Shown here piece after piece: positions 1 to 11,159 of a DNA stretch of 64,000 bases. The notes below the pieces were generated by a model. The model saw only the letters and a program-made list of their open reading frames with translations, was not told the DNA's origin and made no database searches. Where the stretch lies: positions 5,021,489-5,085,488 of the forward strand of contig CM121342.1 in assembly GCA_051530055.1 (NCBI GenBank), in the 5' to 3' direction. How positions within the stretch are numbered: position 1 is the first letter of the stretch; every line of letters begins with the position of its first letter. Source of the DNA: Neoechinorhynchus agilis. Lineage: Eukaryota; Animalia; Acanthocephala. The translations under genes were made by a program, and so were the position numbers.

Positions 1-315
1 GATTTTCTAACTCAATGGAATTTAACTTAGATTTAAATTCAGTTGATTAACCAAATTTCTTGATATTTCTCCATTTCCTAACAGTCTCTTGCGTGATTCT
101 TGTACCGAATACGTGCGGGATTTTCTGACTTCATCGAATTTTTATTATCAAGTTCAACGTCTCAGCTCGCCGCCTAGCAGCTTCGTCAGCATCGCTAATA
201 ATCGTTCTTTATCTTTGGCTTGCGACCCAAACTTCAATGATTTAGAATCGTAGCTTTAACAACCCGTAGTAGCATCCGCCCCTTCCTTATTGATATCCAT
301 CGACTTATTCAAGTT

Positions 316-663
316 GTGAACTGGTATTATCTGCCGAATTCACCGTCTAAGCAGAGAACCGGGGTGAATGGTACATACAGAAAGCAGTTTAAGATGATTC
401 CAGTCGATTGCTATTTTAATGACGAATCCGCGGCTCAATATTGCGTTGAACTGTTTGAACATGGTGATTCCATTAAAGATGACGGAGTCTGCAAAATGTG
501 GTCTTATAAATTAATCCAATCGCAAATAACGATTGAACAACTAAACTACGCCCACGACGGGGTTGAAAATCGTTTTCTCATGAACGTTTTGGACGAATCG
601 ACTACTGTAGTCGTGCGTCAAATAATGCTATGCACAACCAAAAACATTTCTTTAAAAATATAG
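316..663 (+). CDS. Uncharacterised ORF, possibly a terminal exon of an upstream gene
   Basis: Frame is open from 241 to the stop at 663, with a GTG start only. No recognisable domain. Confidence 0.25.
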   Translation: MNWYYLPNSPSKQRTGVNGTYRKQFKMIPVDCYFNDESAAQYCVELFEHGDSIKDDGVCKMWSYKLIQSQITIEQLNYAHDGVENRFLMNVLDESTTVVVRQIMLCTTKNISLKI

Positions 664-743
664 CTGGGCCAATTTTAATCTCTTCGTACAATCCGTCACA
701 AAATGCCTTTTAACTTCTTTAAATTAATTCCCGAACTCTCACA

Positions 744-1904
744 TTAATCTTCATTTGTTATATCCTGTAGCTCCGATACTTGCTCGTCTTTTGGCTTCCT
801 CCGCATCCAACTAAACGTTTCTCTTGCACATTGTCGTAGCCCCTTCATATCAGAAAGTTCAGAAATCGTATGGTATTTTGTCTCAGGTAAATAAATTATC
901 AGTATGGCAACAAAAAGTGCAAATCCTCCAATCGAGAGCATAATTTCTAGTCTCTAAGAAGTCAGTTGATCCTTCGGTTATGATTTCAGCGAAAAATAAA
1001 GCAAATCCGAATCCGAATTGTCTGTATTTTGTTGGAAATAGCTCAGGCTGCTTGATTGCCTGAAGGACAGCAAATTTTGTGGACATGAGTACAAGCAAAA
1101 GATTGCGTGGAATTTCATTGCGATGCCACATGAGATAATTTGGGGAATTTCAATAATTGCTGTGATGAAGAAATGGAGGTCGACGTTGGACGAAAATGCG
1201 GACGCTGATAGTGTAAATCCGAAATAACCAAAAAAGCCAATGAAATCAGGAGACATCCACAAAACAACGAATATGGAAACACAATTGACGAAAACATTGC
1301 TTTTAAGTTTTTCTTTATCCGATTTGGCAGCGGGACATGAGTTTGGGCCTCTGAATCATCAACGATTAGTCCGATAGTGTGGTCAATCGAACAAAACATT
1401 GTATCTTGTTGTTTGGCTTCGGTTAATATCTTATTTACATCAGCTTTTCGTTTATAAACTTTCTCTCATAATCCAATAATAGAGTACAGTGATTGCGACT
1501 GGAATATAAACTGTAAAATAAAGATCCCGCCATCCTCTAACAAAATAAGCGAATAAATCCAAGACATTATAGACGGGAAGCCTTGGTATTCCGCTGCAAA
1601 GACTTCAACAGTGAGAATAGCAAATTCCAGATAAAAAACGAAATACTATAAATAAATATAAGATGATTCCGATCAATAAGAAAGATATAATGATTTTAAC
1701 TGATCGGAAGCATCCGATTTAGATGGTATTTGAAAGCGCACAGCCGATTCCGCATATGATATTGAGCCAAGTTCCGAGAAGAGCAATTGGTTTCTTACCA
1801 AAGTTGTCGCCAAACATTGACAAAACCGCTGCCCCAATTCCTGCTCCTATGAAAAAGGCTGGCTGGGGAATATCCTTTAGGTATTCCCGATCGCAATCAG
1901 CGAT
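744..1904 (-). pseudogene. SLC22/organic cation transporter-like MFS gene, partial and frame-disrupted (pseudogene or local assembly errors)
   Basis: Manual translation gives SLC22-like motifs in pieces: DCDREYLKDIPQPAFFIGAGIGAAVLSMFGDNFGKKP, VFRFLSG, ILTVEVFAAEYQ, AYFVRGWRDL, LYYWIMRES, GYFGFTLSASAFSSNVDLHFFITAIIEIP and YLPETK. The pieces between about 1440 and 1630 lie in different frames. No N-terminal exon was found. Confidence 0.7.
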
Positions 1905-1964
1905 CTGTCATCGGGAAGCGGGTGGATGTAGCCGTTAGGACAAGGTATTGTTTTATTTGACAGT

Positions 1965-2617
1965 GAATACGAAAGAATGTTAAAGTGTCGCTATGAATCT
2001 CAGTGACGCTTATAAGATACGAAAGAATGTTAATGAATATCAGTGACGCGTTTTAGATACGAAAGAATGTTAAAGTGTCGTTTTGGGTCTGAGTGACGTA
2101 TTCAAGATACGAAAGAATGTTAAAGTGTCGTTTTGAATGTTAGTGACGTATTCGAGATACGAAAGAATGTTAAAGTGTCGCTATGAATCTCAGTGACGCT
2201 TATAAGATACGAAAGAATGTTAATGAATATCAGTGACGCGTTTTAGATACGAAAGAATGTTAAAGGTCGTTTTGGGTCTCAGTGACGTATTCGAGATACG
2301 AAAGAATGTTAAAGTGTCGCTATGAATCTCAGTGACGCTATAAGATACGAAAGAATGTTAATGAATATCAGTGACGCGTTTTAGATACGAAAGAATGTTA
2401 AAGTGTCGTTTTGGGTCTCAGTGACGTATTCAGGATACGAAAGAATGTTAAAGTGTCGTTTTGGGTCTCAGTGACGTATTCAAGATACGAAAGAATGTTA
2501 AAGTGTCGCTATGAATCTATGTGACGTATTCAAGATACGAAAGAATGTTAAAGTGTCGTCATGAATCTCGGTGACGCGTCTAAGATACGAAAGAATGTTA
2601 AAGTGTCGTTATGAATT
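1965..2617. repeat. About 50-bp minisatellite (14 copies, 40- and 50-bp variants, higher-order pattern)
   Basis: Core GATACGAAAGAATGTTAA(AGTGTCG) followed by a homologous variable half containing GTGACG. An A-B-C order of variants recurs three times. Confidence 0.95.
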
Positions 2618-2650
2618 TCTACGATTAGTAGTGTGTTTTAAAGGTGTAAA

Positions 2651-2845
2651 ATGTTGCTTCGATACTACGTCAACGATGCAGGCGATCGAATCTATTCGCT
2701 AAAAACAACAGCTCCGGATCTATCGCCAAGTCAAAGTGCTCACCCTGCTCGTTTCACACCCGAAGACAAGTTTTCAAGGGAACGCATAATTCTAAAACGC
2801 AGATCCAATCTTCTGCTAAATCAAATGCCGCCAATAAAATATTGA
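2651..2845 (+). CDS. NOP10: H/ACA snoRNP subunit Nop10
   Basis: 64 aa: [18 protein letters not shown]...[23 protein letters not shown], matching the Nop10 family in length and motif. Confidence 0.95.
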   Translation: MLLRYYVNDAGDRIYSLKTTAPDLSPSQSAHPARFTPEDKFSRERIILKRRSNLLLNQMPPIKY

Positions 2846-3614
2846 TAGAGTTTTTGAGCTAATAAATCTCTTCTTTTTTTAATATCAAATGAGTGATCAA
2901 TTTGTCGGCAAGAAGAATATCGTTCTGAACATGTCATTTGTAACATGATCCATTTATAGGTGGTTTCTTCAAAAACCGAAGATAAAACGTTTCTTTCCCT
3001 TTTCCTGCCAATAAAACCGTTTTCTCATTGATGTCTTTGTGAGTTTTATCCGGTGATCTTATGAACGACCTAAAAAGCAGTGCTTTACCGAATTATGCCC
3101 ATATTCGTTAAGCCGACTCATCAGCAGTCCAACTTTTTTTTATGGTTTGAACAACCGAAAGACCACATCACCACTATAACACACGATGACAAATCGCAAT
3201 CGATCACGTTCGTGATAGACGCCCCCCGGACGTGTCATTGAACGTTTGAAGCAACAAAATTTTGTCTTCGAAATATTGCATTTCTGTTTACAGATTCTTC
3301 CGTAGTCGACGCAATAATTTTCACGCACTTTGATATTTTGAGCAAACTATGCGAACGACCAGAATGTTTCGATTTTTCTGCGCACGAATACACTCCGATG
3401 ATTGCATTTAGTGCACAAATTGATTTCGCAGTTAGGATTTTATGCTCAAATGCTTCACGGAGCCCGAATGGCGATTATTGGCGACAATTTTTTGCTGACG
3501 TCATTCACTTTGTTGTTTGTAAAGGGATGTTATAAGTTTGAGGTCTTTTTACTTTTCGTTTTAGTCGCCGTCCCTCAAAAAAAAGCTTGTTCAAAAAAGT
3601 TATATTTAGACAGG

Positions 3615-5669
3615 ATGAATGTGCCACCACCAGAAAGTCACGAGATTCGTCAAACGATAGAGACGGTAGCTAAATTCGTCGCTCGGTCCGGTTTGGCAGT
3701 TGAAGAAGTCACTCGTCAGCGCCAATCTGCAAATCCTCGGTTTGCATTTCTGCGTGATACGACTAGCGATCTCTACGCGTACTATCAGCATTGCCTTTCG
3801 CTTGAACGGTCTTCTCATTGTTTGTTGATGGATTCAGAAAGTGGATCACTTCTTCTTCAACAACACATTGACCAATTGGACGCTTACGTTGTTCAGAGTG
3901 CACGCAACCTTGATGGACACCTTCAAAACTTCATAAATGAACAAAACAAAGTGTTCAATGATGCGACATCTCGTCGGTCGTTCATCGCCGATCTCGAAGA
4001 CAAGCACTCTAAATTGATCGATTTTAGAGTTGTTCGATCCACCATCTATCAAGCTCAGGTATCGTGTACGACTTCACACGTAGAATCAGCATCTGAACTG
4101 CTTTGGAACTATTTGGCGAGTGAAAATGGCGAAATCGCAGTCTGTCTATCTTACATTTTGGTCGATCAAGCCAACGATGATAACTTCCATATTGTACTCC
4201 ATCTCATTCATGTAATCAATGACCTATTAACGCATGAACCAATCCTTTTTGTTGTGGTCTAACTTTATTGGTTCATCCGATGAATAGGGCTTGCCGAGAT
4301 CGGTATGTTATCAGTCGAGCGAATTCTGCTCAAAGGATCGAATGCGTTCTAGCATCCATCATTGGACCTGTGTTTATGCGAGCAACCATTAATGCTCACA
4401 GAAACCAAACTAACCTTCAATGCCTTTTTAATCTATTAGAATTCTGGAAATCTCGGTCTTATGTGAGACCAGAACTTCTAGATGTCATTGAAAGAGACAT
4501 CTACTTGAGATCCGAAGACGAATGCCGAAACATCGTACGGGGCTTTTGGATTCAAGCAATTGCAAGAAACAACCAAAAATTCCTAGAATTCGAACGTCAA
4601 CATTTGGAATTTGTTAAACATGCGGAGCGGAAAAAAGCTGATCTTAGACTTAAAATTACAACGTCCATTGATGATGCCGATCACAAGAAACATGGATCGG
4701 GTCAATCGAATGAAACCACAAGATCATTTACTACCTCTTCTAGCGACGAAAGTTGATCAAATTTCTATAAAAAGGGTTGTGAATAAAGCTATCATCGAAT
4801 CGGCAATCGCTTCTTTTTTTTGAGTGTTCTTTAAAGGTTTTTAGATGTACCAACGGTGAAGAAAGTGAGAAAAAAAACGCATGCTGCTAACTATGAATTA
4901 TTTCATTAAAACACTTTGATCGACTTTCCATAAACCAAAACGCCGTTCTCGTTTCGACTCGTCGCCTCCTCCTCCTCCTCCGATCAAAGTATCTCTAAAT
5001 GAGCCTCAAAGCATATCTTCCGAATACCACAAACTTCCAGCCGGACTCATGTGCCTCTTGATTAAAACAAGCGATTGTGATTACAAACCTCTTAATCCCG
5101 ACGATCTAATAAACCTGCCTCGTCCAACTGAATTCTCCCAAAAAGTACGTAAGGCTTATGCAGAATTCCAGATTAAATGTAAAGAGAACTCTGGTCAACA
5201 AGGTTGGGAGCCGATGGGTCTTTACGAATTCTACCGATCGAAAATGCCGTATATTTGCCGTAAAGCTCGTTCTAGTCGGTCATCAAGTAGTTCTACTTCT
5301 TCGAGCAGTTCTTCGTCGACTTCCTTCTCTGAGGATGATTTCAAAAACGAAACAGTTGAATCACCAATGTTTGTGGCGTCTAGTTCACTTAAGCAAGCGG
5401 CTCCTTTGGATCCAACAAATAAAGGGCATCAGTTGCTACAGAAAATGGGATGGGCTGGGACCGGACTTGGGAAGCAAGAGCAAGGAATCGTTGAACCCAT
5501 CAGTGGAGGTGAAGTTAGAGAACTCAATGACAAGTACCGTGGAGTTGGACTAGAAAGCGATCCGTTTGATCAGTTTCGAAGGGCAAGGAGTCAAAAATAT
5601 CAGCAATTGATGAGCGAATTTGCTAGTGGCAAGCACGGCGAATCTATTAGTGGCTCGTACAGAAAATAA
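3615..5669 (+). CDS. CHERP: Calcium homeostasis ER protein (SURP + CID + RS-like + G-patch splicing factor), multi-exon
   Basis: SURP (IETVAKFVARSG...NPRFAFL), CID (LHLIHVINDLL...LLEFWKS), KLPAGLM...YKPLNP...GWEPMGLYEFY and G-patch (NKGHQLLQKMGWAGTGLG...GIVEPI), in CHERP order. ATG at 3615 follows an acceptor. Confidence 0.9.
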
Positions 5670-5826
5670 GATTTATTTGTTACAGTACGATGAGCAAGAG
5701 CTTTCACATTCACATTCTTCAGAGGACGTATCTTTGGCACATATTGACGACGCTTCGTTTCTCTAAAAGTAGTGCTGTATTAGTGATTGAAAGTGTGAAA
5801 GTTAAACGCCCTCTACCTTTTTACTG

Positions 5827-7133
5827 TTATAGGTGCACTTTCTTACTCCAATGCTAAGATCTTCGACTATTTTCTAAAATGAAACTTAACAAAGCACCCG
5901 GATTTTATTTACGTACAATTATTCTATCCAATTGTTGAGTTAAAGTGACATTCTTCTTTTGATTTGACGACTCTTCTGAACATAGAGAGCTGACACACGT
6001 TAAATTATTCGGTCTTCGCTTCCTTCTACAATTCTCATTCGTCCACTCAAATCCACATTGTGACACATGCCGAGTGATTGCATCCACAATCTCGTCAGCG
6101 CAAATTTGAGGCTGTTTTTGTTATTGAACAATTTTTAGGATTTCAGAAAACCTACGTTCAAACACAACATATCTTTTACTATGCATCTGAGTGCTCGCAA
6201 TACTTCTTCGGGATCATCTCCTCCTTCCGGTAGATGCTCCATTATCCGACAAGTGATCTCGTCCACTAATCCACTATCCACCACGGAATGACATTTGGTC
6301 ATCCTCCTTCGATCGCATCCCGAATCTTGTAAACATGGCTGAAAAAAACACGGGAAACTATGTTATTTTTTGGAATCGTCTGAAAAAAGCGGTGTTCGTT
6401 TGAATTGAACATTCTCTTAATTACGCACTTAAACGTTTATAACCACGGAATTGAAAGAAGGAGTCAATTATTTTTTCTAAATAACACTCACTTTTGGATC
6501 ATGACAAAACTGTTTCCTTTGATAAACCCTATTTGTTCATATTGGAAATTTTTTTTTGAAAGTTAACAAATACACTTACTTCACTGTTCCGGTCTAAAGG
6601 AAGATTTTGACAATATATTTTAAGAAAGGAGGCTTACGTTCCACTTGATCAGATCTGCCATGTTTTCTCGTGATTTACATTTCGTCTTTTGGCAGTGCAC
6701 TAAGTTGAATGGAGGTAAAGGCAAAAACGGTCGATTACTCACATCGATTATTGTAACGTTTTCGTTCCGTGTCCGTGTGGCAATTGTATCGCTCAATGGC
6801 ACATTGAACCAATGGATCTGGATGAACATTGTCGCAGCAACCGTCTCTATAACAAAACGACCCATAGTCCATGTTTGTGGTTCGCCATCGGTCATCATCG
6901 TTGCTGCACTGGTTGTAATCGATTCGAGCCAATCGTGTCTTTAATATCTCTTGTAATGGTCTAAGGACAACCCGTTTACACGGCGAAACACAATGGTCGC
7001 ACTCGTCGGATCTACTGTCAATTGGAAGCTCACATGGATCGCAATTGTAACCACATTCACACTCTGAACACTGGGAATTCGATGGAACATGATTATGATC
7101 GCTGCGGCGGCAACAATGCAGTGAATTTGACAT
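5827..7133 (-). CDS. Uncharacterised multi-exon gene with a Cys-rich N-terminal exon
   Basis: 132-codon Cys-rich ORF (6735-7133) ending at a GTGAGT donor. Further open exons at about 6150-6330 and 5905-6100 are joined by a GTAGGT...AACAG intron, and a GTACGT...TTTTAG intron leads to the stop at 5827. The middle exon structure is unresolved. Confidence 0.45.
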
Positions 7134-7516
7134 TCCCCGCTTTCCATCTCACATTCTCATCACTTCTTAAAACAAACAATTACTATAGTAACGGTAAATT
7201 GCTGTTGAGTTTGGAAATCCAGGCATCTTGTTTGCTTTTAAACTCTATTTTGCATAACGGAGGGACGATTTGAAGTCTAAAACGCATCCTTTTGCTTGTT
7301 TAGTCGGAGAAATACTTGTGCGTCGATTTTGGTAGAATTGAATGCGTGCTCCGTAAGCAATTTGTCTCTTTTTTCTCTAATATTAAAACGTTCAACTGGG
7401 TGAAATCTAACAATTTTCTCTTCGAGTGGCTAGGTTTGTACCGAAAAAAAAGCACCCACTTTAACTATTGAGACGAAATTTATTGGTAATGTTGAGCTTT
7501 CGAATTAAATCCCGTT

Positions 7517-8719
7517 CTATCGGTCGTTATCGTTCAGTTCAATGTCAAGCTCTCGAATTATACCAAGAACCTTTTTTACCGTTATATCGGTCGTTCGTTG
7601 TCGTTCAGTTTCAAGGTAGATCTCGTAATAAAGATTACTGAGAATAGGAATGATCATTGATGTTAGGATAAGTCCAGTTACAGAACACAACATGGAAACT
7701 ATTTTTCCCAAATTCGTAACCGGATAAAAATCTCCAAACCCAACAGTTGTCATTGCAATAATTGCCCAATAGATTCCATTAGCTGGTGATTTGATTTTGG
7801 CATCATGGTTTCGGGCTTCGAACAAATAAACAAACATTCCATAGAAGGAAGCAACGGTGAAGATTGTCAAAATGACTGCTAACATCGGCAAACACGATTT
7901 TTTGAGTGTAAGACCAAGCACTTTCACCACTGGATTATCTCTCATCCACGAACAAAGTAAAATGATTCGAAAACTGATCAAGATATCCGTCCATTGAAAG
8001 CTTAGTTCTCGATTCTGTTCCACAATAGTCAACAGAAATGGGCAATAAATAAAAGGAAGTACGATTGCGATAAAAGCCATGACGGTAACAAAATTTATCC
8101 TTCTTGAATCTCGAGGTGCTGACAATACGATTGCGACCGTTTCACTAGCAAGGATTATTGTGCACGTAAGATCGATTGTTACGATGATAATTGACACCGG
8201 GTCACACTTGTGGCTATTGGTTGCCATTAGAAGAAAATCACAGAAAAAAATAATAAATACAGCGATTGTGTTCGCCAGTGCAATCAGCGATGTCGACCTT
8301 GATTCACTTGCATACGTTAGCGTACGCCATAGCTGGAACCAATATTGATTGGGCGAACGGACCTCAACTGACTCATAATCGGTCCCTAGACTTTTGAGGA
8401 GGGAAATCAGTGCTGGTCGACCAAGGCGAAAAAATCTAAGTTCGTCAAGAAGCTTATCGAAAGAGCACTTTGAAGGACATTCCATACTTCCTGTTCGATA
8501 ATAGTTCATAATCTCACCGAAGAATTCTGGATCACGGTCAAAGAAGTACGTGTTACCTTCTCGGTAAGCTTCGATGTCGGTTGAACCGAGAAGAGTATCC
8601 GGATACCTAAGAAGGTTTGATCTGCGAGTGCAGTAAATCCTTCCACCGACATTGAACCCGACTAAGTCTGAATTTGTCGTTTGAGTGTTCATACGAACGC
8701 TGTACAATCGAGACTTCAC
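7517..8719 (-). CDS. Shaker-superfamily (Kv) potassium channel subunit, atypical, intronless
   Basis: T1/BTB domain (FNVGGRIY...YPDTLLG...YFFDRDPEFF...NYYRTG), six hydrophobic segments and pore loop YWAIIAMTTVGFGD. Confidence 0.9.
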   Translation of the reverse strand: MKSRLYSVRMNTQTTNSDLVGFNVGGRIYCTRRSNLLRYPDTLLGSTDIEAYREGNTYFFDRDPEFFGEIMNYYRTGSMECPSKCSFDKLLDELRFFRLGRPALISLLKSLGTDYESVEVRSPNQYWFQLWRTLTYASESRSTSLIALANTIAVFIIFFCDFLLMATNSHKCDPVSIIIVTIDLTCTIILASETVAIVLSAPRDSRRINFVTVMAFIAIVLPFIYCPFLLTIVEQNRELSFQWTDILISFRIILLCSWMRDNPVVKVLGLTLKKSCLPMLAVILTIFTVASFYGMFVYLFEARNHDAKIKSPANGIYWAIIAMTTVGFGDFYPVTNLGKIVSMLCSVTGLILTSMIIPILSNLYYEIYLETERQRTTDITVKKVLGIIRELDIELNDNDR

Positions 8720-9142
8720 AAACCATTTGTGTGGATCACGACGACATGATTGTGTTCAAAACAGTCGTGTTTTTCAATGGTTGTTTCCATTTTATTCTTG
8801 CAAAATGTCATGAGGTGTCGAAAACATAACCAAAGTCATATCGAGAGAAAATCCATATCGGGATGGTAAATTTTGACCAGTGTGAGGTGAAGAATACTCG
8901 GCCCGCTTAATAAGCAGTTTAGAAACATCTTTCGAAATATTTTAAATTTTAACCGGGCGAATATTCTTCACTGCGCCAAAATCAAAATGTTCTTAAATTA
9001 TTCGAGACGATTGGTTGCATTGATTATTTTAATGACGAGCTCAATGACACGTGTACGTATTTTCCAGTTACAACAAATCGATTCATAATCAGTATCCGAA
9101 TCTCCTAGTCTAAGCTACTTTGTCAGCACAAAAAATACTTTT

Positions 9143-10771
9143 GTCGATATGTGAGAGGAGATAGAATTATTGTGCTTAGAAGTCTTCATATCCGCGGTAA
9201 ATGATTTCTTTTTTCGATTTTTAAAACGTTCTACGAACCTGGTTCATCATTATCATCAGTTTGTTACCCGACGAAGTGTGCAGAACGTCTTTTTAATTGA
9301 AAAGAAATTTTTCCGCGGTTGTAAAGACTTCTAATCATAATAATTAGAAAAAATTCTTTTATTTGGCAGGAGAGCGCTACTCGGCCATATCCAACCACCG
9401 AGACTCGATCAAATTGGGCGGTTTTTCTTATAATTCGTTAGAAATTATTGTTACAAGTCTTCATATCCGCGGTAAATGATTTCTTTTTCGATTTTTAAAA
9501 CGTTCTGCGAACCTGGTTCATCATTATCATCAGTTTGTTACCCGACGAAGTGTGCAGAACGTCTTTTTAATTGAAAAGAAATTTTTCCGCGGTTGTAAAG
9601 ACTTCTAATCATAATAATTAGAAAAAATTCTTTTATTTGGCAGGAGAGCGCTACTCGGCCATATCCAACCACCGAGACTCGATCAAATTGGGCGGTTTTT
9701 CTTATATAAATTCGTTAGAAATTATTGTGCTTACAAGTCTTCATATCCGCGGTAAATGATTTCTTTTTTCGATTTTTAAAACGTTCTGCGAACCTGGTTC
9801 ATCATTATCATCAGTTTGTTACCCGACGAAGTGTGCAGAACGTCTTTTTAATTGAAAAGAAATTTTTCCGCGGTTGTAAAGACTTCTAATCATAATAATT
9901 AGAAAAAATTCTTTTATTTGGCAGGAGAGCGCTACTCGGCCATATCCAACCACCGAGACTCGATCAAATTGGGCGGTTTTTCTTATATAAATTCGTTAGA
10001 AATTATTGTGCTTAGAAGTCTTCATATCCGCGGTAAATGATTTCTTTTTTCGATTTTTAAAACGTTCTGCGAACCTGGTTCATCATTATCATCAGTTTGT
10101 TACCCGACGAAGTGTGCAGAACGTCTTTTTAATTGAAAAGAAATTTTTCCGCGGTTGTAAAGACTTCTAATCATAATAATTAGAAAAAATTCTTTTATTT
10201 GGCAGGAGAGCGCTACTCGGCCATATCCAACCACCGAGACTCGATCAAATTGGGCGGTTTTTCTTATATAAATTCGTTAGAAATTATTGTGCTTAGAAGT
10301 CTTCATATCCGCGGTAAATGATTTCTTTTTTCGATTTTTAAAACGTTCTGCGAACCTGGTTCATCATTATCATCAGTTTGTTACCCGACGAAGTGTGCAG
10401 AACGTCTTTTTAATTGAAAAGAAATTTTTCCGCGGTTGTAAAGACTTCTAATCATAATAATTAGAAAAAATTCTTTTATTTGGCAGGAGAGCGCTACTCG
10501 GCCATATCCAACCACCGAGACTCGATCAAATTGGGCGGTTTTTATATAAATTCGTTAGAAATTATTGTGCTTAGAAGTCTTCATATCCGCGGTAAATGAT
10601 TTCTTTTTTCGATTTTTAAAACGTTCTGCGAACCTGGTTCATCATTATCATCAGTTTGTTACCCGACGAAGTGTGCAGAACGTCTTTTTAATTGAAAAGA
10701 AATTTTTCCGCGGTTGTAAAGACTTCTAATCATAATAATTAGAAAAAATTCTTTTATTTGGCAGGAGAGCG
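9143..10771 (+). repeat. Tandem array (about 5.7 x 281 bp) of a foldback MITE-like unit
   Basis: Unit starts recur every 281 bp (e.g. 10001, 10282). Each unit has internal inverted arms (AATTATTGTGCTTAGAAGTC...CCGCGG...AACGTTCTGC versus GCAGAACGT...CCGCGG...GACTTCTAATCATAATAATT). The left end reads TGTCGATATGTGAGAG. Confidence 0.9.
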
Positions 10772-11159
10772 CCATTCTGTCCTATAGAAAATCCCTGACA
10801 CAGACTTATTTTTAAAATCTTACCTTAAATTAAAACAGCCGAATCCATTTTGCTTCAAGATTTTCGCCAAAAGTTAGTCAATTCAAAAGCTTTATGAGTT
10901 GAACCAATTCGAAATCTCTATGGGAACGTTCTTGTGACTCACATTGGATTTCATGTGATTTATTAAAAATCGCATTATTTAAAGTGATGCAAATTAATGG
11001 ATTTTTTTTAACGTTTACAAATTAGCCCTCTTGGATCGATCCAGACTAGATGACTAGCACTCATCTGTAATTGCATGCACCGCTCTTGAGTTCGGAATCG
11101 GGTTTAATTTTCGGAAAAAGTCAACCAATCCCAAGAAGTTCAATGAAGACACTCTCTAG

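Noticed and set aside
1965-2617. CRISPR-like repeat/spacer pattern
   Set aside because: The variable halves are homologous to each other and recur, the context is eukaryotic, and no cas genes are present. It is a minisatellite.
4059-4083. Apparent 25-nt GT...AG hairpin intron in CHERP
   Set aside because: Removal shifts the frame, and the segment encodes the SCTT that aligns with the conserved CT motif at the CID start. It shows that 5-bp stems arise by chance.
8079-8348. Antisense ORFs overlapping real genes (also 18319-20614, 32563-32991, 46744-47975, 53268-54560)
   Set aside because: They are shadow frames of strongly supported genes on the other strand, with no motifs of their own.
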